NCBI RefSeq assembly: GCF_009914755.1
Contig: NC_060930.1
From: the human T2T-CHM13v2.0 reference genome, Homo sapiens
Length of the DNA stretch: 64,000 bases
Direction: 5' to 3' (one strand)
The position numbers were made by a program, and so were the translations under genes. Shown piece after piece: positions 1 to 14,551 of this stretch (position 1 is the first letter of the stretch; every line of letters begins with the position of its first letter). The notes below the pieces were generated by a model, which made no database searches, had not been told where the DNA came from, and worked only from the letters and a program-made list of their open reading frames with translations.

Positions 1-1005
1 ATTATTTTGAAATTTTTCTGGGATTTTATAAATTTCTTTTTGATAGAAATCTGTTACTGGAGAATTATTTTGTTTCTTTGGAGGTATCATATTTTCTTGC
101 TTTTTCATGTTTCCTGTGTTCTGATGTTGATATCTGCATGACTGGTGTAACAGTTGTTTCTAATTTTTTGAATTTGCTTTCACAGGGGAGGACTTTTCCC
201 TGAAGATGTGTCTATGGTGTGGCTGGGTAAGGCACTTTGGCTTTTATTCTGGTTGCCTGTAGTATTGTAGTCTCTGCACAATTTATTCAGCCATAAACTG
301 CATTAGTGATGTCTATGATTTTCTTGGTGGTTTGGGGTGTGGTTGTTAGTGGAGGCCTGTGATAATATTTTGCTAGTGACTGGAATGCCAGGTGGCCCAG
401 TCTTTGGGATTTAGTGGTGGCAGCAGCAGGCTGAGAATGTCTGTCCTTGGGCCCCAGGGTCCCATGTGCTGGCACCAGTGTTAGCTGGTCTAGATAGGTC
501 AATTTTTGGGCCTCCAAGTGGCTGACTTGGGTACTGGGAATGGCAGTGGTGGGCTGGGAAAATGGGCAGGTTCTCAGGTCCCTGGTCAGAGCTCTGGCAT
601 GACTAATGGCAGTAGCATTGGTTGAACAACTCTCCAGGACCTAAGCAGTTTTCACTGGTGGTGGTGGTGGCTGTGTTAGTCTTAGGGCCAATGTGATCAA
701 GAGGCTCTCCCGTGGCTAGAATCTCAGGAGTCTATGGTGGAAATGTGGACCACTGGGAGTCACCCACTTACCTTTCCCTTACATTAGGGAGCTTTTCCAA
801 GCTCCCAGCTGCTCCAGGCTGTGGAGACTGCCTTACATCTCTCTCCTTCCCTGATTTTGGTGTTTCCTGTCACTTCCCTGTTGAATTACATGCTTTCTCT
901 TAGTTGATCTATTTGAAATGTGATTATCTACTGACTATTTTGGTTCTTCTTTGTGAAAGAGGTGAGGACTAGATGCCTCTAGTCAGCCACCTTAAAGCCC
1001 CTCCT
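1..1005 (-). mobile_element. Old L1 (L1M) 5'/ORF1-region fragment
   Basis: Antisense L1M-type sequence (tctgttactggagaattatt...ggaggtatcatattttcttgc) ending in gcctctagtcagccacctt. Confidence 0.65.
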
Positions 1006-1149
1006 TCATTATATTTCTTTTTTTGTTGTTATTTTTCTTAATTTATATCCATTTCCATATATTAAATAATGATAGAATCCTCCAAAAGATCCAATCCATC
1101 GTATTTATGGTAATGGCTCTTAAATCCATCATCATCCTTTACCTCTCTA

Positions 1150-1930
1150 CCTAGATGGCCTCTCTACCTTGATGGCTTTAAGGCCCCGGAAATTCAGTGT
1201 ATCCTACACTCATTATTTTTATCCTATTACCCATCTTTCTGCATTCTGAGTATCTGACTTAATGACTCTGCCTTCTACCCAGTTGTCCAACCTATGATTA
1301 AAAATATCACAGATATCTTTGACCACTGCTGCTTCTTTATTCACCACTATCAGTAGCAACATCATGTCAATTCCACCTCAAAAATATGTCTCATTCTCCT
1401 CCCCTTATCTGATTATTTGTTACCCTGTACCAATGCTCATTACTCATTGTCCCAGCTCTCATATAAACTTCCAAACTGGTCTGTATCTATGATCCCCCTA
1501 CTTAACACAATCCCTATACTACCGTCAAACTTCATTACAAAAAAAAAAAAAAAAAAAAGCAGATGTAGAAGTTTCACGTGGGGAAGATGAGTAAGTTCTG
1601 GAGATAGATGGTGGTGATGGTTGCAGAACAATGTGAATTTATTTAATGCCACTTAAAAGGGGTTGAAATGATAAGTTTTACATTATGTATACTTTAACCA
1701 CAGTCAAATATAAATATATGGTCATGTCATTCCTAGGCTTATAATACTCTTTCATAATTACCATTGGTTTCTCACCGGCTACTACAGAAAAAAGTTCAAA
1801 CGTCTTTGCAACCTGACCCTAACCATCCTCTCCAGGCCATCCTAGCCATTACATTCCATATCTTAAACACACTCTCTAGTCCTCAAAGATTCATCAGTTA
1901 TACATACTTTTCCCAACAATTTATTCTGTC
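1150..1930 (+). mobile_element. L2 fragment, interrupted by a short L1M 3' piece (~1560-1705)
   Basis: Degenerate L2 motifs (ctacccagttgtccaa, tcatgtcaattccacctcaaaaatatgtctc, aactggtct); L1M tail gttctggagatagatggtggtgatggttgc. Confidence 0.5.
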
Positions 1931-1939
1931 TGTAAAGTT

Positions 1940-4030
1940 TTTTCTTTATTGAGATAATTTATATACAGTAAAATTTACCTCCATTTAAGTAGGTATTTAA
2001 TGTCTTTCAATATTTAATGTCTTTTATGGCCCAATGCGGTGGCTCATGTCTATAATCCCAGCACTTTGGGAGGCCAAGGCGAGTGGATCACCTGAGGTCA
2101 GGAGGTCGAGACCAGCCTGGCCAACACGGAGAAACGCCCCATCTCTACTAAAATTACAACAATTAGCTGGGTGAGGTGGCTTACGCCTGTAATCCCATAT
2201 ACTTGGGAGGCTGAGGCAAGAGAATCACTTGAACCCAGGAGGCTCAGGTTGCTGTGAGCCAAGATGGTACCACTGCACTCCAGCCTGGGTGACAGAGTGA
2301 GATTCTGTCTCAAAACAAAACAAACAAACATCGAATGTCTTTTACATTTAATGTCTTTTTACAAATCATCATCAAGATATAGAACATTCCTATAACCCTG
2401 AACATTTCTTCATACCACTTTTCAGTGTATCCCGTCTTTTCACCCCCACTCCCTGTCAGCCACTGATCTGTTTTCTATTTTTTATAGTTTTATCTGTTCT
2501 AGAAATTCACACAAATGATTAATAGAGCATGTAGTCTTTGTGTCCAACTCCTTTTATTTAATATACTGCTCTTCAGATTTCTTTTACTATTGAATAATAC
2601 TTCTTTATTTGAATATATTGCAACTTATACAATCACCATATGATGGACACTTGGTGTTTCCAGTTTGGAGATATTAATGAATAAAGCTACTATGAACATG
2701 TGCATACTAAGCTTTGTGTGGACATGTGTTCCTGTTCAGATTGGGTAAATATCTAGGAGTAGAATTGCTGGGTCATGTGACAAGTATATATTTGACATGA
2801 TAAGAAAGTGCCAAACTAGTTTCCACTGGTTGTACTATTGTACCTTTCCACAAGAAATGTTATCAGAATTCCAGTTGCTTCACATCCTCACCAACACTTA
2901 TTACTTATTGTCAGAATTTTTTATTTCAGCCATTGTAGTGTAAGTGTGTAGTAGTGTCTCATGATGGTTTTAATTTAAATTTGCCTGAAGACTACTTATG
3001 TGGAACATTTTTTCATGTAGTCAACTATATATCTTTTTTGGTGAAGTGTCTATTCAAACTTTTGCCCATTTAAAAATTTCAGTTGTTTGTCTTCTTGTAA
3101 TTGAGTAGTAATAATTCTTTATATATTATGAAGAGAAGTTCTTTATCATATATGTATTCTGCCAATATTTTCTCCTAGTATTTGGTTTGTCTTTTCATTT
3201 TCTTAATCGTGTTTTTAGAATAACAAATGTTCTAAATTTTGATGCAGTTCGATTTATCCATTTTTCTAAATGATCTGTCCGTTTTGTGTTCTACTGAAGA
3301 AGTAAAGTAAATGAAGACATAGTGAGATCATAGATTGGAAGAGTAAACATTATTAAGATGCCATTTCTGCCCAATTGATCTACAGATTCAGTGCAGTCCA
3401 ATTTGAAATGTCAGCTGATTTTTCAAAAATAAAAATTGGTAATTAATTCAAGGGCACAAAGATTTCCTCCTGTGTTTTCTTCAAGCAGTTCCATAGTTTT
3501 AGCTCTTACATTCAGGTATATAATACATTAGAGTTAGTTTTTGTGTATGATGTGAGGTGACCATTAAAATTTATTTTTTTCATGTGGGAAAAGTCCATCC
3601 TTTTACGATCAAATTGTCTTGGCACTTCAAACTGTTCTTATTACTCTAGCTTTAGAATAATTCTTGAAATCAGATAGTATTAGCCTTGCACTTCATTCTC
3701 GTTCAAATTTGTTTTGGTTATTCTAAGTCCTTTGCATTTCCGTATACATCTTAGAATGAGCTTGTCAATTTTTACAAAGGAAATTCTGTACAGATATTGA
3801 TTAGGATGACGTTGAACCTGTAAATCAATTTGGATAGAATTGACATCATAACAATGAGTCTTCTAATTCATAAACTTTATGTAGCTCTCCATTTATTTTA
3901 TTTGCTTTCAGTGATATTTTAAAATTATATAGTTTTAGGTGCAGCTTGTGAACATATTTTGTTTAGTTTATTTACATATATTTCATATTTTTGGATGTAA
4001 AATATTATTTTCTTAATTTTAATTTCTTTT
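1940..4030 (-). mobile_element. L1M (L1MC/ME-like) 3' portion, antisense
   Basis: Typical antisense L1 3' motifs (tgatggacacttgg...tttccagtttgg, gtagaattgctgggtcat, ccacatcctcaccaacact). Confidence 0.8.
2028..2330 (+). mobile_element. AluS
   Basis: Full dimer with A-rich tail; flanking repeat aatgtctttta. Confidence 0.95.
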
Positions 4031-5449
4031 TTCATTGGTAATACAAAAATTTTCAGACGTTCCATTCACTTAGAAAAAATGTCATTAACCTGTGTGATTC
4101 AAAGCCCCCAAACACCCATTTGTTCCCTAATATCTTTCTCACTACTATATTATCTTTGGAAAGTCCCTCTATTACTGAGGGCTAATAAATGGTCTAAAGA
4201 AAGTCTTTGCTAATTTATATTTTAGTTGGGAGAAGCAACACATTAAGTGATTTTTTTTCAGGGCCTAGTTAGTCTATAGATAACAGAAATAGTTCTTTGA
4301 TCAGATGATTGAAGGATAAGTATAGTATAGGGGAACTTATGAGGGAGGAACAGACCCAAGTGGGACTCCACGGTGAAGAATCTTGAGAAATCAGCACAGT
4401 AAATCAGTTTTGGGTGCTTGATGGAGGAACAAATGAACAAAGTGAGGCAACTGAGGGGATAGAGGAGGAAAGGATAACTCTAACTTTTCTTCATGGACAC
4501 ATCTACAAAATAAATGTAAAATTGTCTTATTGATTCTTATTCTTGGAATAGACTCAACTCATTAAATTGTAGATTATTTCTTCGATCCCTGAATATCTGG
4601 AGACCAGAAATAACGAAGAGACAAACGAAGATGATGTATGTACATGATCACATTCAGTTATTCACCTTCATGTGGAAAAACAGAAACGTTTATAATATTA
4701 AATTAAAACTGTGGATAGTTTTATTGTTCTTGGGATTAATATTTAATACCAAATAATGAAGTACCATGGTGAGATCTTAAATAACAATGCATTGAAAAGT
4801 TTTCAGCAATGTATTTTGCCCTCTTTTTCCTGGATACTTCCTGCAGGCAAAAGACTACAGAGCTATCTTCCTGTAAAACTTATTTCCCTCTGGCTTACCT
4901 TCTCATGAACACTCACATTTTTTTTTTTAAGTAAGTAAACATATCCCCTACTCAAGGACTGTAGGTTATAATCACGGCACATTTCTGTGTCAACAGAATG
5001 TTACAGAAAGATTTAACATGGGTAAATCAAATTAGGCCGATAACTTGAGAATAATCAAGAGTTGACTATAACCTTCTAGTCTGCTGTATGTGCTTAATTG
5101 CGAGGCAAATAAAAAATAGTTATGACAAAGACAGCAGTCCAGATGTTGGGATACATGTTCAGTATTTAGATGGAAAACAAGACTGATGTGACTGTAATAT
5201 CTGTCACTTCACTGGTCAATAGTAGTCATCTGGAATTCTCTGCCTAGATAAATCAACATCTTAAAGCTTTATGCTTAATTTACAAATTTAATCTTCCCAA
5301 ATAAAGTATAGAGGCATTTTTAGGTCTAGAATATATAATGCTCATTTTTCTCACCCAGAAAAACTCTCTTTTAGTATTTCTTGAAGTACAGGTCTACTGA
5401 TGACCAATTTTATCATTTTTTTTCTAAAAAAAACGTTGATTTTGTGCAT

Positions 5450-5766
5450 GTGTGTATTATGTTTTTTGGTTTAAAAATTATGAGCATTTATTATCTCATA
5501 TTTTCTGTGAGTCAGAAATTTGAAAGTTCAGTGATATGGCTCAGGGTCTCTTATAAGTTGCAACCAAGCTTTCAGCCAAGGCAATCGTCATCCAAAGGTT
5601 TCGCTGGGGCTGGAGGATCTTCATGACTGCTGCAAAAAGGCCTCAGTCCTTACTGGCTGTTGGCCAGAGGCTTCCATTCTTTTCCACATGGGCCTCTTCA
5701 TAAGAAAATTGGAGCATATTCATGACATGGCACATAGCTTTCCCCTAACCAGGTGATCCAAAAAGA
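5450..5766 (-). mobile_element. MLT1 (MaLR LTR) fragment
   Basis: catttattatctcat...gtgagtcagaaattt...ggctcagggtctc...ggggctggaggatc...catgacatggca. Confidence 0.7.
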
Positions 5767-6301
5767 TCTTTCTTTCTTGGAAGAAAAAATCCTTTTCTAA
5801 GATTGCAGGTTTTTCTCTTTCAGCACTTTAAAGAAGTCTTTCCTTTGTCTTACGGCTTCCAGAATTCCTGATGAGGAGTCTGCTATCAATCTTATCTTGT
5901 GGCTTTGAAGGTAATAAGTCATTTTTATTCTGTATCTATTTGAAGAGTTTTTCTTTGGCTATAATATGCCTGATATGCTTCTCTTTGAATCCTTCTTACT
6001 TGGCAGTTGTTAAAAAATTTTTTTTACATCTGTCCATTCAATTATGTCACCATTCTCAAGTCATTTTTCAACTATTGCTTTGATTCTATTTTCTGTCTTC
6101 TTTTCTATTGGGACTCTAATTACATGTTAGACATTTTTAGCACCTCTCATGTTTCTTACACTCTATTTGTTCTGTTTTGTCAATTTCTTTATTTTCTCCT
6201 TTCAATACTTTCGTTAAATAATTTCTGTTGATTATCTTCTTGTTCTTTCTGTCCTCAGTTTTCTCCAGTCTACTGTTAAAACTCAAATAATAAGGTCTTA
6301 A

Positions 6302-6736
<435 letters not shown>

Positions 6737-7337
6737 TAATCACAAATATTTTCCAGTCCTTCTCTGTTAACTCCAATATCTTGGTCATTTCTGTGTCTAC
6801 TTCTATTTTATGTCTTCATTATTAGTAAATTTTCCTGTTTCTTTGAATTTTTCTATTTTTAGGATTGTACACTAGGGAATTTGAATGATACATTGTAGAG
6901 ACTCTAGATTATTTCACCTTCCTATAAGGAGTATTATAATTTTTAAAATTTGACAGGCAATTAAATTATTGTTTTATTATCTTCATCTGTCAGATATTGT
7001 TGTCAGCCTTTACTAGGAAGGTTCTATATTAGTTTTGCTCTCTCTTCTAGGAGCATTACTCTTGTACAAGGTGTTTACCTAGGTCTCTCTCTTCTGAGCC
7101 CAAACTTCAAAATCTCCTGCAACTTTGAGGCCCCTAAAATCTCTGCCAAGCACTCCAACCTCATGTAGCTATACCCTGCTAGTTCTGCCAGAATCTAGCT
7201 CTGGGCATGTGTAGCTGAATGCATATTTGAGACTCCTTATGTGCAGCTCCTTCCTATAAGGGACTCTGCCTTAAATCCTAGAAACCTTGGCAACCCTGAA
7301 TTCTGCTCTTGTTTCTTTCCCACAGTGATAATGTCAT

Positions 7338-7675
<338 letters not shown>

Positions 7676-8062
7676 TTATATGATCATTTTTTAAAAATTA
7701 TACTTCTACTTAAACTGTTTAAAGCTGACAGAGAGTAAAATACAAACATGTACCTACAAGTTAATGTTAGTGTCTACTACACAAGCTTCTAAATAGTGAC
7801 AAAAAAAAAAACTATCAGGATAATTACTTGATGTTATAAACTCAAACTACTATTTCATTCATTAATATTTAATTTTGAGCAGTTTTTTAACCTTTTTGAA
7901 TATTAAAGAATCATCCAATTATTCAAAAAACTTTTGTTGAAAATCTAAATAACTTAAATAAAAGTAGACTTTTTATTTCTTGGTGGAAATGACTAAAAAA
8001 AAAGACAAGTTTAGTTAAAGGATTTAAGCTAGTAGTTACTTTAAAGATATGCTTTGAGATAA

Positions 8063-8422
<360 letters not shown>

Positions 8423-9269
8423 TATGTTTTAATTTTTAATTTAAGTATTTTAAGATTTCTTATTTTCCAATAAATAAACTGCCTAATTTACATTTAAGAA
8501 TATTGCTAACTCAGAACTCCCACCTCATGAGTCACTTGATTGCTCTTCCTGGTATTAAACTTCTATGAATAAACATAACTTGGAACGCTCGTAAGCAGCC
8601 AAGAACATCTGGCTCCCAGTCTTAATAAAATAAACCTTAAGTTTTACAGTTTTTTTAGTGAATGCCAAAAAAATTTACTTCACAAGGGTCTTCTTTCCAC
8701 CTCGCTTATAAAAATGAAAAAATCATAAGTAAAAAAATGAAATTTTTTTAAAACTAAACACAAAATTATTCTATATATTACAAAAAAAATGAGAAGTTAG
8801 ATTAATGTAAATGAATCATTCCAAACTTTATAACAATGGCTTAATCAGTTCCTCATTTACTTGATTAAGTTTTTCAATAGCTCTACGTTCTCTGCGTTGG
8901 GAATCATTCTGACTCATTAGTTTCTGTCATTCCATGCTATTAAGTATCAATACGTATGCTCATTGGCATTGCCGTCGGTTTTATAGCAATCTAATTAGTA
9001 TCCCTATATGTAGTCATGTTAATTATAAAGGGTATCAAGTCTCAAAGACAAAAATACTATTCCCCTTTATAGCGTTTGGCTTAAGAATGACAAATAATTC
9101 TGAATAACCACAAGATTACAAATTCATCTTGCAAAGAGAAGCAAGCACTGGGAGGCAGCTAGCTTCTCTGACCTTTTGTAAGGGCAGTAATCTTATGAAA
9201 AGGACAGAGATTGATTCATTCGTTCACTTGATGAATAAATATATAATGAAAATTTACTCAAGAGGTAAT

Positions 9270-9500
9270 ATTTTCAAATGGCTAAGAACATGCACCATTG
9301 AATAAGACAACCTGGGTTTACATTCTGCCTCTACCACTTAATAGCGTTGTGTCTCAATGTCCTCATCTGTAAAATGAAGATGTCTTGGAAATTAATAATG
9401 GGGAAATAATAGTACCGTTATCCATGAGTTCATAATGTGAAGTGCTTAGTCTGCCATAGCCTGTCAGTGTCAGCCTGTCGCATTGTAAGCGCTTAATAAA
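9270..9500 (+). mobile_element. MIR
   Basis: acctgggttt...tctgcctctaccactta...cctcatctgtaaaatga core. Confidence 0.7.
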
Positions 9501-9714
9501 TATTAGCAATTACGACATGTGTTAAGTAACGTAGACTGACATAGAACTTAGTATTCAGTATTCAGTAAAAGAGTAATTCAAACTTTCAAAGCTATTTTTA
9601 ATCTTCTCTCTACATTGTAAGCTTTATCAATATTTCACTGTAATTATTAATCATTCTCATGTTGTATTTCCCACATGAATTCATCTGTCTTTACCAATAT
9701 GCTAGTAGTTACGA

Positions 9715-9794
9715 TGATAATGTCATTTTCGCCTGTAATCCCAGCACTTTGGGAGGCTGAGGCCCAGGAGTTCAAAACCAACATGGCAAAACCC
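9715..9794 (+). repeat. 80-bp local copy of 7326-7405 (flank plus Alu left-arm fragment)
   Basis: 77/80 identical, including non-Alu flank and the Alu's private deletions. Confidence 0.9.
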
Positions 9795-10001
9795 AATATG
9801 CATGGATTTGTTTTACGTGAGAATTTTTTCATCACTTTTTTCTACTAGATTGTGTATTTCTTTAATTTCTTTATTCTTGAGTTAATAAGGTAAGTGCCTC
9901 AATCCACTCTACGATTTAAATGAGCAGATAAAAATTTACTTGCCAGAGAATAAGCTTAAGCTATCGAAGGTTTTGGCTTCCTGATAGAGTGGAATTTCTT
10001 T

Positions 10002-10401
10002 TCTTTTTTTTTTAACTTTTATATTAAGTTCAGGGGTACAAGCGCAGGTTTGTTACATAGATAAACTTGTATCATGGGGGTTTGTTGTACAGATTCTTTA
10101 AATACTCAGCTATGAAGCCTAGTACCCATTAGTTACTTTCCTTGATCCTCTCCCTCCTCCCACCAGCCACCCTCCAAAAGGACCCAGTGTGTGCTGCTCC
10201 CCTCTATGTATCCATGTATTCTCATCATTTAGCTCCCACTTACAAGTGAGAACATGTATTTGATTTTCTGTTCCTGTGTTAGTTTGCTAAGGATAATGGC
10301 CTCCAGCTCCATCCATGTCCCTGCAAAGGACATGATTTTATTTTGTTCTTTTTTATGGCTGCATAATATTCCATGCTGTATATGGAGCACATTTTCTTTA
10401 A
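10002..10401 (-). mobile_element. 5'-truncated L1PA/PB 3' end
   Basis: L1P 3' UTR; 16-bp TSD agagtggaa(t/c)ttcttt at 9986-10001 and 10402-10417. Confidence 0.92.
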
Positions 10402-11218
10402 AGAGTGGAACTTCTTTATCACAATACAGGTGTGAGGAGGAAGAAGGGATATCACCGGCCTCAAGGGTAACCATGTCACAACAGGTTTGTATTGCTGTAT
10501 TGTATTGCTTCTGTGTGTAATTTATTAAATTTCAGGCTATGACAAAATATACAAATGGTATGCTGGAATATTAATTGGAAGACTACATTGACAGTTCTTT
10601 TAGCAGGAGAGTAATCCAGCCATGATCCAATAAAGTATTCAAAAACATCATCCAAGAACATTATTGTTGCCATCTTTGGCTTTGTTCTCTCTCATTTCCT
10701 TTTTTCTTTTGCTATGATTTTGAAACATCTAGATAACTTTTTAGTATATTTGGCATCAAGGAGATTCCATTTTGATAAATGCTTCTTAATTTGAAAATAA
10801 ACTTAAAATCTATGTCACTCAATTGGACACCCAGTGGTATACTTTGAACTATAGAGTAAACCAAAGACAATAATTCAGGAACATTCTAAAGAGCCAACTA
10901 ATACCAGACTGATACTATAATAGTTTATTCCACTCATCCTTCATGTTATATTCTAAAATGTAGTCATATTTGTCAAGGGTCTTGCTAGCTAGTAAGTTAC
11001 ACTGTAGAGCAGGTCTGTGTGAACCTTCCCAATTTTCTTATTAAAATATTGGTAGAGACATCATGAATAACAATTGCCATCATGCTGAGGTATTCATTAC
11101 TATTTTCATGGAGGTACGCCATGATTCTGTCTCAAACATTCAGCCAACTAATAAACATGGTGTTAGATTTGGCTGACTAAAGAGTTTTACTTTTTGAAGA
11201 ATAGTTTAAGGTCAGTAA

Positions 11219-11279
11219 TGTATTTGTCAGGGTTCTCCAGAAAGACAGAACCAGAAGGATTATCTATCTATCATCTATC

Positions 11280-11328
<49 letters not shown>

Positions 11329-11345
11329 CCTATCTATCTATCTAA

Positions 11346-11389
<44 letters not shown>

Positions 11390-11808
11390 AGAGAGAAGGA
11401 AAGGGATTTATTATAAGGTATTTGTTCACACAATTACGAAGGCTGAGAAGTCTACCATATGTAAGATGAAGACCCAAGAAAGCCAGTGGTGTAGTTCCAG
11501 TCCAAGTCCAAAGGCCTGAGAACAAGGAACATAGATGATAAAAGTCCCAGTTCAATGGCAGAAGAAGCTCAATGTCCCAGCTTACACTATCAAGCAGAGA
11601 GCAAATTGTTCCTTCCTCTGCCTTTTTGTTGTGTTCCAGCCCTTAAGGGATTGGATAGCACCTACCCACACTGAGGAGGGCAAACTGCTTTACTCTGTCT
11701 ACCAATTCAAATGTTACTCTCATCTAGAGACACCCAGAAATAATGTTTAGCCAAATAGCTGGGCGCTGCATGGCTTAGTCAAGTTGACACATAAAATTAA
11801 CCATGACA
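11219..11808 (-). mobile_element. MLT2B-type ERVL LTR
   Basis: tcagggttctccagaaagacagaacc...gtcaagttgacacataaaattaaccat. Confidence 0.88.
11262..11388. repeat. Compound microsatellite (TCTA)n followed by (TG)~20
   Basis: Directly visible. Confidence 0.97.
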
Positions 11809-12151
11809 GCTAGATAACAATAGTACCTTGACATTAGCAAATATCTAAGCTTTCCAACGGAAAGCTGTTTAGAAGGATATCAGACACTGAGTACATCTTA
11901 TTTTTCATAATAACCTGATGGAAAAGATAGACTAAACTGATCATTTAATTAGATTAATTCTCACAGAGATGTTGGAAAGTGATTGAAGAATTATATAAAA
12001 GGGAATAGTCTCTCCAAATATACACCTTAAGAAAATTGTTCTTGAAGGTGGGAGATGGATCATTGAAAGGCCAGTTCTAGAGAGAAAGAAAGCAATTAGG
12101 TGATTCTTAAAGACTGCCCAGACAAGAAATGCTTGGATCATCACCCAAAAG

Positions 12152-12466
12152 CAGAGTTGGCATACTTTTCTGTAAAGAGGCAGATAGAGTAAATGTTCTA
12201 GATTTTGCAGGCCTTAGAGTCTCTGCTGCCAATTCTACCATTGTAGTGTGAACATAGCCACAGAAACATATAAATGAATGAGCATGGATATGTTTCAATA
12301 AAACTGTATTTACAGACCCTGAAATTTGAATTTCATATAATTGTATGTGTCACAAAATATTATTCAAAAAATTTTTTTCAACCACTTAAAATGTAAAATT
12401 TAAGCTTTCAGGCCATACAAAAATGAGCAGTAGGCCAGATTTGGCTTATGGCTATAGTTCCCCCTG
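12152..12466 (+). mobile_element. MER58B (hAT-Charlie DNA transposon)
   Basis: cagagttggcatacttttctgtaaagaggcagatag...ggccagatttggc. Confidence 0.8.
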
Positions 12467-12489
12467 ATCTGAAATAGTGGCAGTGATAC

Positions 12490-12730
12490 TAAAGAAGAGA
12501 GAAAGGAATTTCAGTGATGTTTAGTAGATAGAATGTATAGGATTTCGTGACTAATGTGATATCGGAGGCTGAGGAAGAGAGTATGGCCTTGGATGAGTTG
12601 TGGCTTTCTGGACTGGTTAAATGGTGTGTTACCCATTTATGCAGAAATGCAGAAGAGGTAAGGTTGACAGCAAGAGGGAGAGAAACCTGAGATTTAGACT
12701 TGCTAAATTGGTATGTCAATAGGATATACA
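12490..12730 (-). mobile_element. L2 fragment
   Basis: Antisense L2-like (gtagatagaatgtataggatttcgtgact...gaggaagagag). Confidence 0.5.
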
Positions 12731-12900
12731 AAGATAAACACTTGAAATTCTTCACCTTTTTTGATCATTGGCAGTGAAGTAAAGATGTGAAGTCTTAGGA
12801 AACAAACTTCATTTATGCATCATTTTATTAAAATGACTTACAACATGTAGATATAATCTAGAAGATTTTGAATACTATAATTGATATGCTTTTGCTGTTC

Positions 12901-13413
12901 TGTTGGGAGCAGGCCCCCCAAAATCTGGCCATAAACTGGCCCCAAAACTGGCCATAAACAAAATCTCTGCAGCACTGTAACAGGTTCATAATGGCCCTAA
13001 CGCCCAAGCTGGAAGGTTGTGGGTTTACGGGAATGAGGGCAAGGAACACCTGGCCCGCCCAGGGCGGAAAACCACTTAAAGGCATTCTTAAGCCACAAAC
13101 AATAGCATGAGCGATCTGTGCCTTAAGAATATGCTCCTGTTGCAGTTAACTAGCCCAACCTATTCCTTTAATTTGGCCCATCCCTTGGTTTCCCATAAGG
13201 GATACTTTTAGTTAATTTAGTATCTATAGAAACAATGCTAATGACTGGCTTGCTGTTAATAAATACTTGGATAAATCTCTGTTTGGGGCTCTCAGCTCTG
13301 AAGGCTGTGAGACCCCTGATTTCCCACTTCACACCTCTATATTTCTGTGTGTGTGTCTTTAATTTCTCTAGTGCCGCTGGGTTAGGGTCTCCCCGACCGA
13401 GGTGGTCTCGGCA
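12901..13413 (+). mobile_element. MER9-type solo LTR (HERV-K HML-3)
   Basis: TG...CA termini, tgttgggagcaggccccccaaaatctggccataaactggcccc start, internal AATAAA, 6-bp TSD ctgttc (12895-12900, 13414-13419) typical of ERVK. Confidence 0.92.
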
Positions 13414-14002
13414 CTGTTCAATATCACAAACTGAAAATATTCATATTTGAGCTGATTAAAATTTTGATAACTAAATCACCAGATTTGAAGGCAGTAAAAA
13501 TAATGTGAAATAGCATATGACACATTTCATCAGGAAAAAGCTGGAGGACAAACAAGGGAGAACAAGAGTGGCTCCCAAAGGTGGGAGACAGGACTGGCTG
13601 ACTGTGATTGCCAAATCAGCTTTTGCTGAGTAACCAAGAGAGCCAGGCAGAGGTGGGTCAAGCAAAAAAATCACCCCAACACCCCAGATTAGAGCTGTCA
13701 CAATCCTCTCTTAAGCAAGATTCACAGGGCAAGGTTGGTTAATAGCTGGCCTTTCACTGGTTCCAAGGGAGAGGTAGAGCTGCTGTCAGTCAACTGAGTA
13801 CTTACTAGGTTAAACCATTCTTGTATGCCTGGGAAGAATTTGAATTGTTTTGTTTTAGATGAAATACAAATAAATATTTATTTATTTCCAGAATTTATAT
13901 ATCTGTGACTGAATTGGAAGAGAGCACGAGATTCTAGGAAGCTAGCTAGTTCAGTGATGTTTATATTTATCATCTATATTTACTGATACATATGCATATG
14001 TA

Positions 14003-14444
14003 TCCTGCCTTCATATTCACATGGCATTCTCCATGTGTGCATGTCTGTCTCCAAATTTCTACTTTTTACATGACACAGGTCAAACTAGATTAGGAGCCCT
14101 CGTGACTCCAGTATGGCCTTATGTTAACTAATTTCATCTGCAATATCCTTATTTCCAAATAGGGTCACATTCAAAGGTACTGTGGACAAGCGCTCCAACA
14201 TATGAATTTTGGGGGCCTTATGCCAGGGTCTTAACATGGGTTCATAACTGGGCCTCAAGCCCATGTTTTTTTTTTTTTTTTTTTTTTTCCTGAAGACATT
14301 TGCTGAATACTGAGGCTGCATTAAGAAGGGTTCTAAAAACTTTAGTAACACACTTATTAAATTCAAAACAAGATTCTTCTGTACCTTGTAGGACAAAGAT
14401 TAGAATTTGGTTCTCACCAGGATATGGAGTCACAGAATACACCA
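14003..14444 (+). repeat. ~440-bp local duplicate of 16712-17598 (MLT1C part plus flank, without the Alu)
   Basis: Colinear similarity from tcctgccttcatattcacatgg to agaatacacca. Confidence 0.93.
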
Positions 14445-14551
14445 GTCTTATACATAAATATACGTATGTATATGTATCAGTAAAAGTATATAATGCATAT
14501 ATAACAAATATATGTATTTTAAGTATAATAGATATATATGTATATTTATCA

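Noticed and set aside
1142-1175. Small tandem duplications (17 bp here; ACTAGT repeats at ~34041; 13 bp at ~62033; 25 bp at ~62634)
   Set aside because: Ordinary slippage-scale duplications with no further structure
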